Shown: positions 1-15,235 of the stretch, one piece after another
Layout of the letters: each line of letters opens with the position of its first letter
How positions within the stretch are numbered: the first letter of the stretch is position 1
Assembly: GCA_051294375.1 (NCBI GenBank)
Contig: CM119269.1
Coordinates: 16,887,030-16,951,029, forward strand
From: Paraspadella gotoi
Lineage: Eukaryota; Animalia; Chaetognatha
Direction of reading: 5' to 3'
Length of the DNA stretch: 64,000 nt
Program-made: the position numbers and the translations under genes
The notes under the pieces: generated by a model
What the model saw: the letters and a program-made list of their open reading frames with translations, nothing else
What the model was told of the DNA's origin: nothing
Database searches by the model: none

Positions 1-3000
1 GATACAAAAACATTTTTAGAGGCGACTTGAAGTCTTTGCTTAAATGTACTGGCATCCTATATTGTTATTACTAATAAGATTCTTTATTAATCTGTTAATT
101 TCATTATTTATCAATAGACTTACATCTTCTTTAATGAATTTTATTTCGGTTCTGGGTCTGGTAGTAGCCAAGTAGTTTAAGCATACTTAATGCTTGATGA
201 CTCGTAATTCAATGCATCTGTCAATTTTTGCCTTAAAATAAGAATTGACGAAAAAGTATTTAATTTGGCTTAAGAAATAGAAAACAAATAAAATTAATAG
301 TTGATAACGAATTATAACAATAAAAGAAAAATTAAATAGTTTTATTTATCTTTAAAATAAATATAGAAAAATAATTTTGCATTCAGGGAAATTGCCTATA
401 ATTTTATTAAGAAAAATCTATTTCTTTACCTAGGCAATTTCAGTAAACACTTCTGCTCAGTTAATCCAGGCAAAATATTACCTAAGTTCACCCCTTAGAG
501 ATGGACGAACGGTGGGCGAGCGAGTTGGGCGACTAGAATTGGGGATTGTTGGAGGAGGAAGAGGAGGAGAAGGAGGAGGAGAAGAATCCAGGGGTGCTCT
601 GGGTCAACGTCTTCACGCCCAGACTAAACATTGTGATAAAATTAGAAGCCCGGACCAAAAAAAAAAATATATTTTTGTCATCTCTTTAAATCTAGTCATT
701 TTTGCTTTGGGGATATAATAGACGCTAAAGATATTCGATCGATTAATGTCAACAACGTCAAATACAAAGAAAAAACCCATGGGCTTCAGAAATACTTTGT
801 ACCCGCCCGCGAATCCGCCACGAAAACAAACGTTAAACATTAAAACTACAAACTTTACAATCGTTTTTTTTTTTTAACAAAAGCCAAAACGATAATCGTG
901 TTCGCTTCTCTGGTTGTAAAAAAAAATAAAACAGCCAACGACAATGATGAGATCGGATCCTCTCGCCCGACGCCGAAAAATTATCCCTCGTATCTTCGGG
1001 CTTGTGGAGGAGAGAGCCTTAATCGATTTCGGGCCGTTGAACCGTCAGTGGGCGTGGAAACTGCGCGAGGAGAGGAGGAGCGTTTGTTCGTCGTCGTTTT
1101 CGTCGTCGTCGGCGTCGTTTTCGTCGTCGTCGGCGTCTCCATGACAACGTCCGTCCCACCACGACGCGACGCNNNNNNNNNNTCACAACCGGAGTCGACG
1201 CCCAAAGGGGCCGCGGCGCTCTCTCCCTCTCTTGAGCGCCCGCGCGACGAAAGGGCGGCGCCGCTATGGAAACCAAAAAAAAAAATGGCGCGCCAGCGTA
1301 AGGGCGATCGAAAAAAAAGAAGCAAAAGCATACAAAGCAAAATTGATTTAATAAAATAATTACGAAACAACAAACAAACAAACAAATACATATCCAAAGA
1401 ATATTTTTTTAAAAAAAGTTCACGATGCATAAACAACCATTGCAAAAAATAGAAACGGTAGTCCATAGAACCCAATTGCGACAAGCTAGATTGCATTCTT
1501 CAACGCACTTTTCGGTCCTTACCCACTCGCATAACACCGAATGCACGCCAGAAAACATTAAAAAAAAAATAAGAAAACTAAACCAATGAACACTACTCGC
1601 GCTACTAATGCGAGGATACAAGATGAAAGTCTTCTTTCTCGCATTAACTACGTAATTCATGAAGCTGTTAATAAAAAAAAACCAAAACAAAAGAACAAAA
1701 CGTATGTATTTTGCACAATTTGCAAAATCACTCGTCCAGCGAACACAGAGAGAAGAAGTTATCGAAGTAAAAAAAAATAAAACACAACAAAATTGGAAAA
1801 ATGGAAATCGAGAATTTGATTCAATCATGACGACGACAAAAAAGCGTTTAGAAAGAAAAATGTTTTTAAACATCAAAGTAAAGAACCAAAAAGCATGACA
1901 CGAGTCTAAATTGATATACAAAACTCAAAAAGAATTGAATAAAGGCAATGATCTTTTATTAAATAAAACCAGTCGTAAAAAAAACAAAAACGAAGCAAAC
2001 AAAGTGGCAAAAACTACACATATCGCAAAAAACAAAAACAAAAACAAAAAACAAAGAGAATGCATTTACAAAGTACCAACTATGATAATTTTTTTTTTTA
2101 CAAAAAACGGCATATAAAACGTCACAGCTGAAGAAGACCCCAAAAAGAAACTTTCTACTAGGGTTTGTTGGGCATGACTTAACGCAAAAACTCGACATAA
2201 AAAATTTGATCTACGCGAATCTGATTAAACGCGCGACTTGATTAAATTAAAAAAGAAAAAAACACATCAAATTCGAGAAAAAACAAACAAACGAAATAAT
2301 TTGTCATCAAGCTGAATTTTAAAAAAAGTTGATGATGATCATAATACATTACAATTGATTCACCATGAGAAAAAAAACTTAATAAAAGCTTGGATTTGAT
2401 ACTGGGATTCGGCCGACGAAGTTGCCTACTTTTGCAGAAGGAATTTTTTTGTTATTTTCTCTCATTCAAAAAAAAATTGAAACAAATGAACACGCAAGTG
2501 TTCTTGAGACATTTTATCGACGTCCATGTTTGAGTGCCAATCTGAGAAATGAAAAAAAAAGGCGAGGGCTAAACAACTAGAGGGTTTCTAGGCCCTTTAA
2601 GGCACTACAAAAAAAGTAATTGAAGAAATAAATTTTTTCTCAAAAACAAGTAATTTTCTTGGGAAACAAATTGAAACGAACTCAAAAAAATATATATATA
2701 AAATAAAAATTCCTCTGCTAGAAACGCTGATCCTTCAACTGCGTCATTGGAAAATTAAAAAAAAAAGAAATTAAAACGAAAATTTAACGATTCGTATTTT
2801 CTTTCTACTAATCGAGAACATTGATTATTAACCATTCACTCTCATATCGGAAGAGAAAAGGATTATAACTAAACAAAATCCTCTCGTCACCCAAATATAC
2901 TTTTTCTTTTTGCGGATCATCGAACTCTTTAAATTTTTTTTCTGTTAACTTTTCTCAACATAATAATCATAACAATATACATAATCAACCAAAGTCCATG

Positions 3001-4439
3001 GGAGATCAAAATCTGATGGTGCTGAGCTTTTAAACGATAGGCGATTAACTTTAAATAACAAATTTTTCCTTAATATAGTTTTCTTAAAAATAAATATTAA
3101 AATTAAGTTTTTAAGGGGACACCGATTCCTTAAAAGTGTAGCAATAAACATAAGAAAGAAACTTTTTACAATTTTTTTAAAAATTCTTTCTTATTTTAAA
3201 AATAAAAGAGTTGCCTTTCATTTTAAAAAAACTATCACAATAGAATATCTAAAAGCTTTCTGAATGTAATTCTCTTTCCTTTCATAATTTTAACGCCTTT
3301 CGTTCGCATATCAGATTCAGACGAATAAGCATAACTACCAAAGTTCCTCATGTGTCCTTGAAAAAAGAAACTGCATTAAGTCCTTGGTCTCAAAAACTCT
3401 GAGAAAAGACGATCCTCCTCTTGCGGCAACCCGGGCGATTCAAGAAATATTCAAATTTCTTAATTTTGTCCCCCTCCTTCAAAAAAAGAATAAAAAATAA
3501 GTAAAAGAAATTAAAAACTTAAAAGCAAATTCCATCCCGAAAAGACCAAAAAAAAAAAAAACTAACCTCAGTCCCGAGTTCGGAAAAACGTGCCTTTTTT
3601 TCGTTAATTACCGCCATTTTTTGTTTTTTTGTTTTCGACTTATCGTTGTCATTGACAACGACAACGACAAACAAGAGTGCATCATAAAGTGATGATAACC
3701 CGCATGCATACCAAAAAAAAGTTACTCCATTCAACAATAGATCTGCTTATTGAATTCCAATCTCCTTGAGAGTTTCAACCAAAAAAAAAAAAGAATAACA
3801 TCGTTCTATCCCCTCTCCCTTAAAACCGATTTGGAACAAAAAAAAACGAAGCGAAAGCCAATCTACTCAAAAATTATCATCTACGATTTCATCCCCTGAA
3901 AAAAAAACGATTTGGCAAACGGTTTTTCTCTTTCTTTAATCACCGTGGCGTCAGATGGTGGTCATTTTCTTTTTTAATTCTTAAAAAAAAGAAAAATAGA
4001 TGCGAGGGGTGTAATGTGACCGGAAATTTTATGACTTGATTTATTTTTGTTATATCGTTTTCTCCCAAAGTTAAGTTAAATTAAAGTTTTCGTTTTCGTT
4101 TTCATTAATTAATTAATTAATTTTTTTTCCGCCGCCACCGTCTGACGCCGCAGTTTTCACCAAGATTTTGTTTAATAATAAAAAAAAGAAACAAACCAAA
4201 TTCCGTTACTTTTCGTTATCGGTTGCCGTTCTGCAAGCAGCAAGGATGGCATGAGTTAATCAACGGCTGTCGTCCAACTAATTGGACCAATTCTAGGATA
4301 AGGTAACCTGGAAATAGAGTAAATAGGTAATACGGTTATTCACATTCAGATTAGACAAAAATATATGTTTAAGCACTTAATCTAGTAACAAGTTGGCGTT
4401 GCATATCGGGGAAACGATTCTCGAGTTGTCTGACCCAGG

Positions 4440-4456
4440 TTTTATAGACCACGCCC
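4440..4456 (-). promoter_or_regulatory. Candidate GC-box plus TATA core promoter
   Basis: Minus strand GGGCGTGG-tc-TATAAAA; motif only, no transcript evidence. Confidence 0.25.
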
Positions 4457-5707
4457 ATAAAATCCCGATGCCGATCACTTCTCTTGCCCACCCTCCATGA
4501 TCACGACTCGTGACGGTTTCCCCGCAACCGACCTGTGAAATCCCTCACCGGAAAAATTAATTTCTACAAAAAAAAAGGAAATGAGTGAAAGGAAATTAAT
4601 TTCCGTTCGACGTCGACGGAAGACGAGTTGATATTTTATCTAAATATTTTTTTAATCTAAATGTTTAATTACTTTTCCTTCTCCTGACCAAAAGAACAAA
4701 ATGGCGTAAAAATATGAGTTATGATAATTACGCTTTTTAATTAACTTTTATTCCACGGTCGATTCTTCCGTTTGAATTAGGTTAAAACGTGTTTTTAATT
4801 TTTTGTTAACGTTATCACATTGTACAACTGGTAGAGTTTTACAATGAAAATGTTTAATTTCTTAATGGAGTACAGCGCAAAATNNNNNNNNNNNNNNNNN
4901 NNNNNNNNNNNNNNNNNNNNNNNNNNNNNNNNNNNNNNNNNNNNNNNNNNNNNNNNNNNNNNNNNNNNNNNNNNNNNNNNNNNNNNNNNNNNNNNNNNNN
5001 NNNNNNNNNNNNNNNNNNNNNNNNNNNNNNNNNNNNNNNNNNNNNTCCCTTGTATCTCTCTCTCACTTTTGTTCATGTGTTGGTAAAAAAAAATGATTAT
5101 CTTGTTCCAGTCTTTTATTGCTACTGTGTGAGCGGCGGCATCATCCCGTCACATCCCTCTTTTTCATAGGGTGGTCTAGATTCACTGCTCACATTTGGAT
5201 TTCACGATCGACCAATATTCCCTTCCCCTATCCCCTTTCTTCCCATNNNNNNNNNNNNNNNNNNNNNNNNNNNNNNNNNNNNNNNNNNNNNNNNNNNNNN
5301 NNNNNNNNNNNNNNNNNNNNNNNNNNNNNNNNNNNNNNNNNNNNNNNNNNNNNNNNNNNNNNNNNNNNNNNNNNNNNNNNNNNNNNNNNNNNNNNNNNNN
5401 NNNNNNNNNNNNNNNNNNNNNNNNNNNNNNNNNNNNNNNNNNNNNNNNNNNNNNNNNNNNNNNNNNNNNNNNNNNNNNNNNNNNNNNNNNNNNNNNNNNN
5501 NNNNNNNNNNNCGAAAAAAAAAGGGAGAAGAACAGGAGCGAAACAAGAAAAGAGAATCGACGAAACGAAAATGTACAGTAGGAGAACAACGAGGAAAGGA
5601 GAACGAAGATAAGGGAAAAGGAGAACGAATAACGAAAGGAGAACGACGAAGATATCGAGCGCCACCTCCGTCCTTAGCTCGTCTCGGAAGGTGGCCGATC
5701 GCGAGGT

Positions 5708-5709
<2 letters not shown>

Positions 5710-5790
<81 letters not shown>

Positions 5791-5795
5791 AAGAG
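5710..5795 (+). repeat. (AG)n microsatellite
   Basis: Directly visible; similar tracts at ~22795, 27610, 30080, 32213 and 34383. Confidence 0.95.
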
Positions 5796-7599
5796 AAAGA
5801 AGATGATACGTAGATATGTATGATATGTAGCTGATCGTAAAGGGAGGAAGGAGTTTCTAATATTTTTCTATATATAACCTATATTTAGAGTTAAATACTT
5901 TAAAGACCGCTCTTTTTTTCCTTTCTTGTTAATAACTAACAATAATAACTAACCTGACTTAGTCACGACTTTACCACTTGCCCACGACCCGTTAGGAGAA
6001 CCTCACTATTAACCGCGATTACGAGATATTTCAAACTCGGTCTCTTCATCGCGAAGTAAATCTCTTTCTCTATCGAAGACAGAAACCAATTAAAGTCGCC
6101 CGCCGACACCGCATCTCGTCGCCCGAATTCTTCGCTTCGTCTCCTCCTTTTAAAAAAGAGAAATAATACCATTTTCAAAGGAGAAAAAAAATCTTCGTCT
6201 CTCTCTCTCCTTCCTCTCTTTCTCTCTCCTGCTCCCGTCCTACTTCTCTCATCCTCTCTGCGTCTTTCTCTATCTCTCTGCTCTCCTCTCTCTCTCTCTC
6301 CCGTCCCTCCATCCGATTTCTCGAGTTCCATTCCTTCGTCTCTCATACTACTTTTCCATCAGCATCACCCCTAATTCTGTTCAAAAATCATCTATCATCC
6401 CCCAATCCCCTCAACCCCCCCCTCTATATATATTAACTACCTCCACTCTCACTTCAGTCTTCATATAGATATCCATAATTTCTGGTCTTTTCCTCGCGAT
6501 TCGATAGGTCTCTGGTACGATAATGAGAGTATATAATTCTTTTTGACACTATTTTCATATATGTCATTTTTTTTTTCTCACTCTTATGCGAGACAATGAG
6601 GTAGTCTTGAGTGTGTATTTCCTATCTTTTATTAAACAGGACATGGAAGACGAAGCGGACAATCCAGGAGCGACGGAGGGATGCTGTGTGTGTCGTACGG
6701 CGGCAGATCGGTTAACTGTGTTCTGTGCGTTCGATAGAGAAAGAGAATTGTACCTTCGGCGTTATGAGAGGAGAGCCGGAGGTCTGCAATAATCTCGTAA
6801 TCGCTACGCGGGGCTGGAAATAGTGAAAGTGGATTCCTAATGGTTGTCGAGTGGCATTAAGATTTCCAGAGTAGTAACCAGCATGTCGTCGTAGACTCAC
6901 CATTTAAGCAAGACGTTAGTCTAAGTATATTAATCGGGTAGATTTATTGCTAACAGAGTAAAGAGGCAAAACATATTCGAGTACAGGCCCACAAGGACCT
7001 TTTAATAAAAAGACATAGTGTGTAGTCCTAACTGCTGATAGATATATAGATTGTGTCATGAGTAGTATAATTGATTGGTAGTAGAATCCTTGTGCTTCGT
7101 TTCCGCGTCTATTTTGGGAGGATTGTGGTCTATAGGACTATATTTAAAGTTAAATAAATTGACCAATGTTTTTGTTAGTATTTGCCCTAAACGCTTAACG
7201 ACTTTCATTCTTTTTAGAATACATTCGCTANNNNNNNNNNNNNNNNNNNNNNNNNAAGAATGCCATTCCACTATTTCGTCTTGATAAAGAGATGCGAGTC
7301 TACGACGGCTGAGGTTTCGCGAAAGAAAAACAGAGAGGCGTGGCCGCGTGGCGGCGTGGCGGCGTGGCGGGAGAACGCCGATAAAACTCGAGCGAAAAAC
7401 ATCGGGAAAAGAAAAAAAGAGGAAAAAAAGATAGAAATGGGACAGAGAGCAGAAAAAAAAGAGAGGAAAAGAAAAAAAATGAATATCAAGGGAGACAGTA
7501 AAAAAAGAGAAAAGAAAAAGATGGTTTCGAGCTGGAGAAAAGCAAAAATAGAAAATCAGATGGAGCAAAAATGTTAAAAGAAAGTTGAAAACGAAAAAA

Positions 7600-8560
<961 letters not shown>

Positions 8561-8871
8561 GACGCCTAGTTCGAGTACTCTTCGCAGAACGAGACCGTGA
8601 TCTAGCGATCGCGGCGAACGAGAGAGAGGTAGATCTGTTCAGAGATGGAAATTTGCGTATGCGAGACAACATCGTCCTCGACAGCCGTACCCGAGGTCTC
8701 GCTCTGTCGATCCGAATGGAGCTTTGCGGGCTGCGGAGGGAACGGGCCCTACGGTGGATATCCTCCGCGCCTGCGTGAAACGGGGCGAGAAACGACGGCG
8801 GCAGAATGAAGAGAAACGCTGATCAATCAATTTGCGCCGACGTTTCAAAGGCCGGGGCGGCTCGAATGCTG

Positions 8872-9900
8872 AGGAGCTAAAAAGGAGAAGGGGCAGTTTG
8901 GGTGTTAAGAAGGAGTTTTTGGCGCGGAGAATGCTAATAAGGATGAAGGGCGAGGAGCGAGGCTAAAATGAGATTGGAAGGTGCGAGCCTAAAAAGAGGA
9001 GTAGACAGGGCTGAGAGGCAGCTAAAAAGGCAGAAGGGGCGCGAGGAGCTTACAAGGAGACAAGGGAGGTAGAGAGTTCAAATCAGGAGGATGTGCACGA
9101 GGAGCTTAGAAAGGAGAAGGCGTGGAGGAGCGTAAAATGAGAAGGGGCGTTAGGAGTCTCTTCAAAAAGAGATGGAGGCGGACGGAGCTAAAAGGAGAAG
9201 GCGTGTAGGAAGGAGCTCAAAATGGAGATTTGGGGAAGGTGGCAGCTAAAAAGTGAGAAGGGTTGGAAGGTAGCCTAAAAAGGGAGACAGGGGCGGAAGA
9301 TAGCTAAACATAGAGAGAAAGGAGGGTAGGCGAGTTCAAAAAGAGCACTATGGTGCGGTAGGAGCTAAATAAGAGAGAAGGTGTGTGGAGAGCTAAAAAG
9401 GAGAAGGGGCGTATGGAGTTTCAAAGGAGATGGTCGCGTCCGGCGAGCTAGTAAAAGCGAGAAAGGGAAGTGGAGGAGCTAAAAATGAGAATCGGGTGGC
9501 TGGTAGCTAAAAAAAGGAGAGAATAGTGGAGGAGCTAACAAGGAGAAGCGGGCGGTAGGATGCTAACAAGGAGGAAGGCGTGATATAGGAGTTAAAATAG
9601 GAGAGATGGTGCAAGAGGAGCTAAGAAAGGATAAGGGGTTGTGAGGAGCTTAAAATGCCATTGAAGGGCGTCATAGATGTAGGAGGCCGTAGAAAAGGAG
9701 AAGGAGGTGGTAGGAGCATAAGAATGGAGAAGGGGCAGTAGGGCTAAAGAGATTGGCAGTGAGAAAGGAGATGGGCGGCTGAGTGCTTTAAAAATTGAGA
9801 CGGGGTCGGAGGAAATGAAATGGAGTTGGGGCGAAGAGTTACAAAGATGGGGCTTGAGAATTAAAAGATTGTGGGCAGTTAGTGTTAAGCTAAACGTTAT
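8872..9900 (+). repeat. Purine-rich minisatellite, unit ~25-30 bp, approx. GGAGCTAAAAAGGAGAAGGGGCGTA
   Basis: gctaaaa/ggagaagggg core recurs roughly every 25-30 nt for ~1 kb with heavy indel noise. Confidence 0.8.
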
Positions 9901-10476
9901 GGTGTAAAAAATAAAAAGGGGCAAAGGAGTTGAAAATTAAAATGAGTTTTCTCGGAAGATTGATTTTTAGAGGAGGGACAGGGTAGAGTCGTCAAAATAA
10001 TAGGCAAAGATTAAAAGTGGAATCGTCGGAAATGTTTAAGATATTGCATAGCATACATATCGTAGCACCCTTCTCTTCAAGGGATTTAACGCCAGCTGGT
10101 TGCAATTGTATAAATTAGCTTCATCTTTTTCTTCTATTCGGTAATATTGTCAAATTTAATGAATAAAATATATCTTGGATAATTATTCCTATTTCTGTCA
10201 TCAATACAAATAAAAGTAATAAATAGCTGCGGATCTCAGCATTGAGCTAGCCTCCCGAAGCAATATCTTTTAGAATCGCTTTAAGAAACTTATTCCCTTC
10301 TCTGCGGCAAATATTCTTTCAACAAGAATCGGAAATGTTTTCTTGCTCACATTAAAAATCATTTTCTATTTTTGGCAAGAAGGTATATTTATATTATTTC
10401 CTTTCTTTTCGTTGTGTATAAATAGTTAGAGAAAACAAAGTTTGTTTTTTGATAACAACGATTTTTATTTACATTG

Positions 10477-10511
10477 GACATGTTTCGGCTCTTGCTTTAA
10501 GCCTTCATCAG
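10477..10511 (-). ncRNA. Minimal type I hammerhead ribozyme motif of Penelope-like element type (probably degenerate)
   Basis: Minus strand CTGATGA-A-GGCTT-aaagcaa-GAGCC-GAAAC-ATGTC: conserved core, stem II, palindromic ACATGT stem III and GUC site; stem I pairs poorly. Confidence 0.6.
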
Positions 10512-11036
10512 CGTTTGTCTCAATAACCAATTTTTCTCTCAAGAAAGTATAATTATTTACTAAATACTAAGTAATATATTTTTCGCCGCGGCTGTTTGTC
10601 TGTGAATAATTTCTTTCATCTTTAAANNNNNNNNNNNNNNNNNNNNNNNNNNNNNNNNNNNNNNNNNNNNNNNNNNNNNNNNNNNNNNNNNNNNNNNNNN
10701 NNNNNNNNNNNNNNNNNNNNNNNNNNNNNNNNNNNNNNNNNNNNNNNNNNNNNNNNNNNNNNNNNNNNNNNNNNNNNNNNNNNNNNNNNNNNNNNNNTAA
10801 TAATGAAATTAATATTTAAAAATAATTTTGTTAATTTATTTTTTGAAAAGTTTATGAGCTGATAATAAAATGGATATGTTACAAACATAGTTTACAATTT
10901 TTTATAGTCTCAACCATTAGAGCGCGGGAAAAACGTTTCTTGCTACTTAACAAAAAATAATACTTTCCCCTGCTCCCCCCTTTCCACCGCTCATCGATGA
11001 AAACGTTTTTATCGCCGCAGAGAAATGGGATTAAAT

Positions 11037-11068
<32 letters not shown>

Positions 11069-11561
11069 CTCGTCTCTCCCTCTCGTCTCTCTTCTCTCTC
11101 TCTCTCTCTCTTCTTATTAGTAAAACGGATTCTTTCTAAACGATTTAATAGGAGGATGCCTCTCTCGTTGGCGGGATCCGTTATCACAATTCCCCCGACG
11201 ATCCGGCTCCGGGAGAAATTCAAACCATGTATCGCTTAATTCCCGTTGAACCATTAATAATTGGAGGAAAGATCCTTTTCTCTCTCTCGATTCCTTTTAC
11301 TCGTGGCTCCCTCTCTCTCTCTCTATCGTTGTTCTCTTTTCTAACCGCAGCCATTTTCTTTTCCTCCTTCTTCCGTCTACCGTCTTTTTTTTCTTTCCTT
11401 TTTCCTCCTTTTTTTCTTTTTTCTCCTTTTCGAGTGTGAGAAAAAAAAAAAAGAAAACTAATTTTCGATTTTCGAACGCTTAAATTCCTTCCGGTTGAAA
11501 AAGAGCTGATGCTTGTTTTGATTGGCAATTTATTCACCGCTGAGTTGATCGGAGAAAGAGG

Positions 11562-11607
<46 letters not shown>

Positions 11608-14600
11608 AGTGAAGAGATGAGAGAGAGAGAGAGGGAGAGGAAGAGAGACGAGCAGAGATAGATTACATTGTTCTTCCTCTTAGTTAACGGTTCTCCACAG
11701 CAACGCGAAAAGTCCGTCCGTCCTTGATTTCAGTTAAATTTCACGAAAAACGTGAGTAGATTAATGATAAACATACATAATCTGGGCCACAAATTCTAAT
11801 TTTTTTATAATAAATTTATTAACGTAATTTTATTTTGACTCATATTAAATTTAAGCTGTTGCCTATTTCCTTTTTAGGTGTTTTGTGGCGGTCTGGACTG
11901 AAATCTCACAAGAAAAGATACAGATTCATCATATCGACAATTTAGTAACAATTTCTGGCTATCAAAATCACAACGCAAAATTTTTCTTGGCAAAAAAAAA
12001 ACAAAAAACTAAGTAAACGAAAGACGCAAATGAGCAACATAGCGACGGCAAAAAAAGAGAAAATAGCGGAATATAAAAAACAAAGGACCAGTCCAAGGAA
12101 GAGAATTAGCATCCAGTCCCTCTCTTGGAAAAGAATGAAAGGAAAGTTAAGCAAACCGAGTCAAGTTGAAAAAAAAAGGGAAATTCTCGAATTATTTTGT
12201 TTGACGAAAGTTTCAATATTTGACTCTCGCTCGAGTCTTTCGTTATTTTGAAGCGACGTAAAGTAAACTATTATTTTTTTTTTTGAGAACGATTTCCCGT
12301 GACTTAAATTGTTGTAGTATGCTTTAAAATTGAATTGTCCCGCTACGTGAAAAACAAAAAAACAAAAACGTTAAACAAATTAAACTATAAAACGCTCCAT
12401 TCACATTTCGCACGAAAAACCCTCGTGAATTTATTGTGATGTGCATCCTTGGCAATTGTTCGAAGCACTCTCTATTCTTTAACTTGTTATGCCTCGATGT
12501 CTCTCTCTCTATCCTACCCCAACCCCTCTCCTCTTTGCCCACCCGATTTTTCTTGCTTCCACTTCTCGACCCCTTACCCCCCCCTCCCTCCCAAACCACC
12601 CCATTCCCACCCAAACCACCCCAGCCCCATTTCGCTCCAGCTCTCATCTTTTCGATGGTTTTGAACTAAAACTCGAACGTGGTTTCGCTATGAGCCTCAA
12701 AAATAACAACAACAACAACAACAGAATCATTCAAAATATCCGATTGGGAACGGGACGAATATCTGTCAGTCTCCGAACAATGTTGGTCTTCAAATCGATC
12801 CCTGACCCGACCCTCCCCTACCACAACGCGACCTTACCTAAACTGACCTTGACTTGACCTAACTTTCCCCTTTTTAACAAAAAAAAAAGGGGTTTGTGAT
12901 CTGTGAAGAAAATCCATGTTCATGTTCAATGCGAAGTAAAAAAACTAATAACACCCAAAGATTTAAAACGTGAAAACGGACCATTCACGTATAAAGAGGA
13001 CGTCTTTAACGAAGAAACGGCCATAGCGTACCACCGAGATTAAATCGAAAAAGAAGGAAAAAAGAAAAACGATTTAACCCTAATTTTGATCGATGAATCA
13101 CTCGTTTTTACTCGAGAACCGAAACAAGTTTAATCCCACTACTGCACATTACTTTTTTTTTCTCTCTCTCTCTCTTTCAAAAATTTCATTTAAAAAAAAA
13201 ACGGAAAAAAATACCCCAAAAAATCCGTTTTGTTTGAAAGAGAAAGGATTCTTCGCGGTCAACGGTTTTTTTTTTAAATATGAAAAACGACGTTTGTCCG
13301 CGAAAGAATCTCTTTCTCCGAGCACCGTTAGTGCTGCAACAATAATAAATAACAACCAACAAGTACTATTTAATAAGGAAAAGTAGATTTTAGGCAACTT
13401 TGTTTCTCCAATACGCCGATCGTTCCTTTTTATCCCTCACGCCCGAACTGTAAACAGCTCGGGAATTATTTCTTCTTTTTTTTTTTATGTTTTCTTTTTC
13501 TCTTTTATAAAATTCTTCCCAAGTTTTTCTTGGAATATAAAATCGGTTCATGAGCCTTCGTTAGCGATGGAGGCGCGTCAGCCGAGAGAAGAACACCGGG
13601 TGGCAATATTGAAAAGCAAACTTTTGGATTTTCGTTGAAAACGAATTTTAAAATAATGTATTTTGGTGGCTGATATTGTGCGACGGGAAAAAAAAACTAA
13701 TCTGAGTAGTAAATTACTAAATACGGTTTTTGATATTGTAATGAATTGTTTACGTAAGTTTATATCTTAAGTGGTCAGGATGTTTAATGTTTTTTGTGTT
13801 TTTATTTTTTAGTTTTTTTTTTTTTTTTTTTTTGGTGAGAGAGCGAACGGCGCGTGAAAGATCTCCAGCGCCCGCGTGACCATTTTCCGACATAAGGGAG
13901 AACCAAACCCGAGTTTCCAACATGTGGCTTGGTCTGAGTAACTTCTGCGCGAATTATTAAAAATTAAAAAAAAAAAAAGAAATTGTCTGGGGGAAAATGG
14001 TCCTTCTCGAGCTGAAAAAAAAATATCTGAAAGTACAAACGTAAGTTCATGACTCAACTTTTCCTCCCGTCCATAATTTTAGTAAATTACAAAAAATTTA
14101 TTTTAGTCATTACAATTTTTTAAGAGCGCCCGTTGACGATGGATAGCAAAGGGATGATTGTGAATAATCATATCCCCCGAAAGGATGATAAATACACAGT
14201 ATTTCGCCATTTTCTTTTTGATAAAAAAAATTTCAGTTTAGCATAATCACTTTCATTGAGTATTTTGATAAGGCGTTCAATCTCGAATGAAAAGCTGATA
14301 TAGCAAAGTTTTCTTTGTGTCAAACTTACTTTTTTTTAACAGTAGATGATAATTCGTTTAATTTTTTTAAGACGCTTGAATATCCTTTTCACTCAGGCAT
14401 GACTTTTATTACTTGTTTTATCTGCATCTAATTATATCGACCTTTGTTACATTCCTTGAATGAATTTGGCAAGTTAAAGAATAAACTATACCTTAACATT
14501 ACTTGAATCGAATCAATTTGGGTTGTGTAGTCGAGTTAGTCATGAAAACAATCTTTTTTTTTATAATTCGCAAAATCTGAACTCTGAACCACAAGGAAAC

Positions 14601-15235
14601 CAAGTTAGTAATAGTATTTTTGGAATAGGAATTATACAAGTATTAAACTTACACGAAAAACGTCAAAAAAGAGGTATAAAATAATATAGAAAAGTTTAGA
14701 AAATCTTAATCAAACAACAAATGGTTAAAAGTTTTTGGTGTCATAATGAAATAACGGTGGGGTATTTAAACTTCTAAAACTAAATGATAAGCGATTCATT
14801 TTAAATTTATTACCGAGGAATCCCTCACAAAAAATTAATTCCATGTCTTTTGTTTTCTGTTATCACGGCTGGCTTTTAGCGGCCTCTAAAGCTATTCGAT
14901 TGAAGCTCGAATCCCTTTTTTTTTCCCTTTCTCTCACCAATCTGTCTTTTGATTAATGATTAAAGCTTATTGCTAAATTCTCAATCCTGAATACACTTTC
15001 GCGAACTACTTGGGATTCTAATCGTTTTAGGTTTTAAACGTAATCTAAGATTATTTTTTGTTCTTTTTTCTAATACGTGAAGCAAATCATTCAGATATAA
15101 AAGAAATCGAATTCGTGAGCATTTCGTCTTCACAATTGGCGAGAAAAGGCAAATTAAATACAAAAAATACGAGGAATCCCGTAGAAGAGAGCATCGAAGC
15201 CTGCTTTGTTATGCTCGCAAATATGACAAAAATTC

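Noticed and set aside
981-1496. 171-aa ORF with TTTKTT repeats
   Set aside because: Spans an N gap, is driven by GAC repeats and a 21-bp duplication, and has no splice or domain support
4795-5665. ORFs containing runs of X
   Set aside because: Open only because they span N gaps; likewise at 10622 and 38767
6586-6792. Cys-containing ORF (GCCVCRT) resembling a zinc finger
   Set aside because: Lies in noisy gap-fill sequence, with an incomplete motif and no donor or partner exons
8872-9900. Collagen-like (GAK..EKG) coding repeat or CRISPR-like array
   Set aside because: No Gly-X-Y periodicity or open frame, no unique spacers, and a eukaryotic context
10070-10130. LQPAGV resembling the end of a Penelope GIY-YIG domain
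   Set aside because: Too short and frameshifted to support by eye
11175-11195. lac-operator-like gaattgtgataacgg on the minus strand (vector contamination)
   Set aside because: Only a short partial match with no flanking vector sequence
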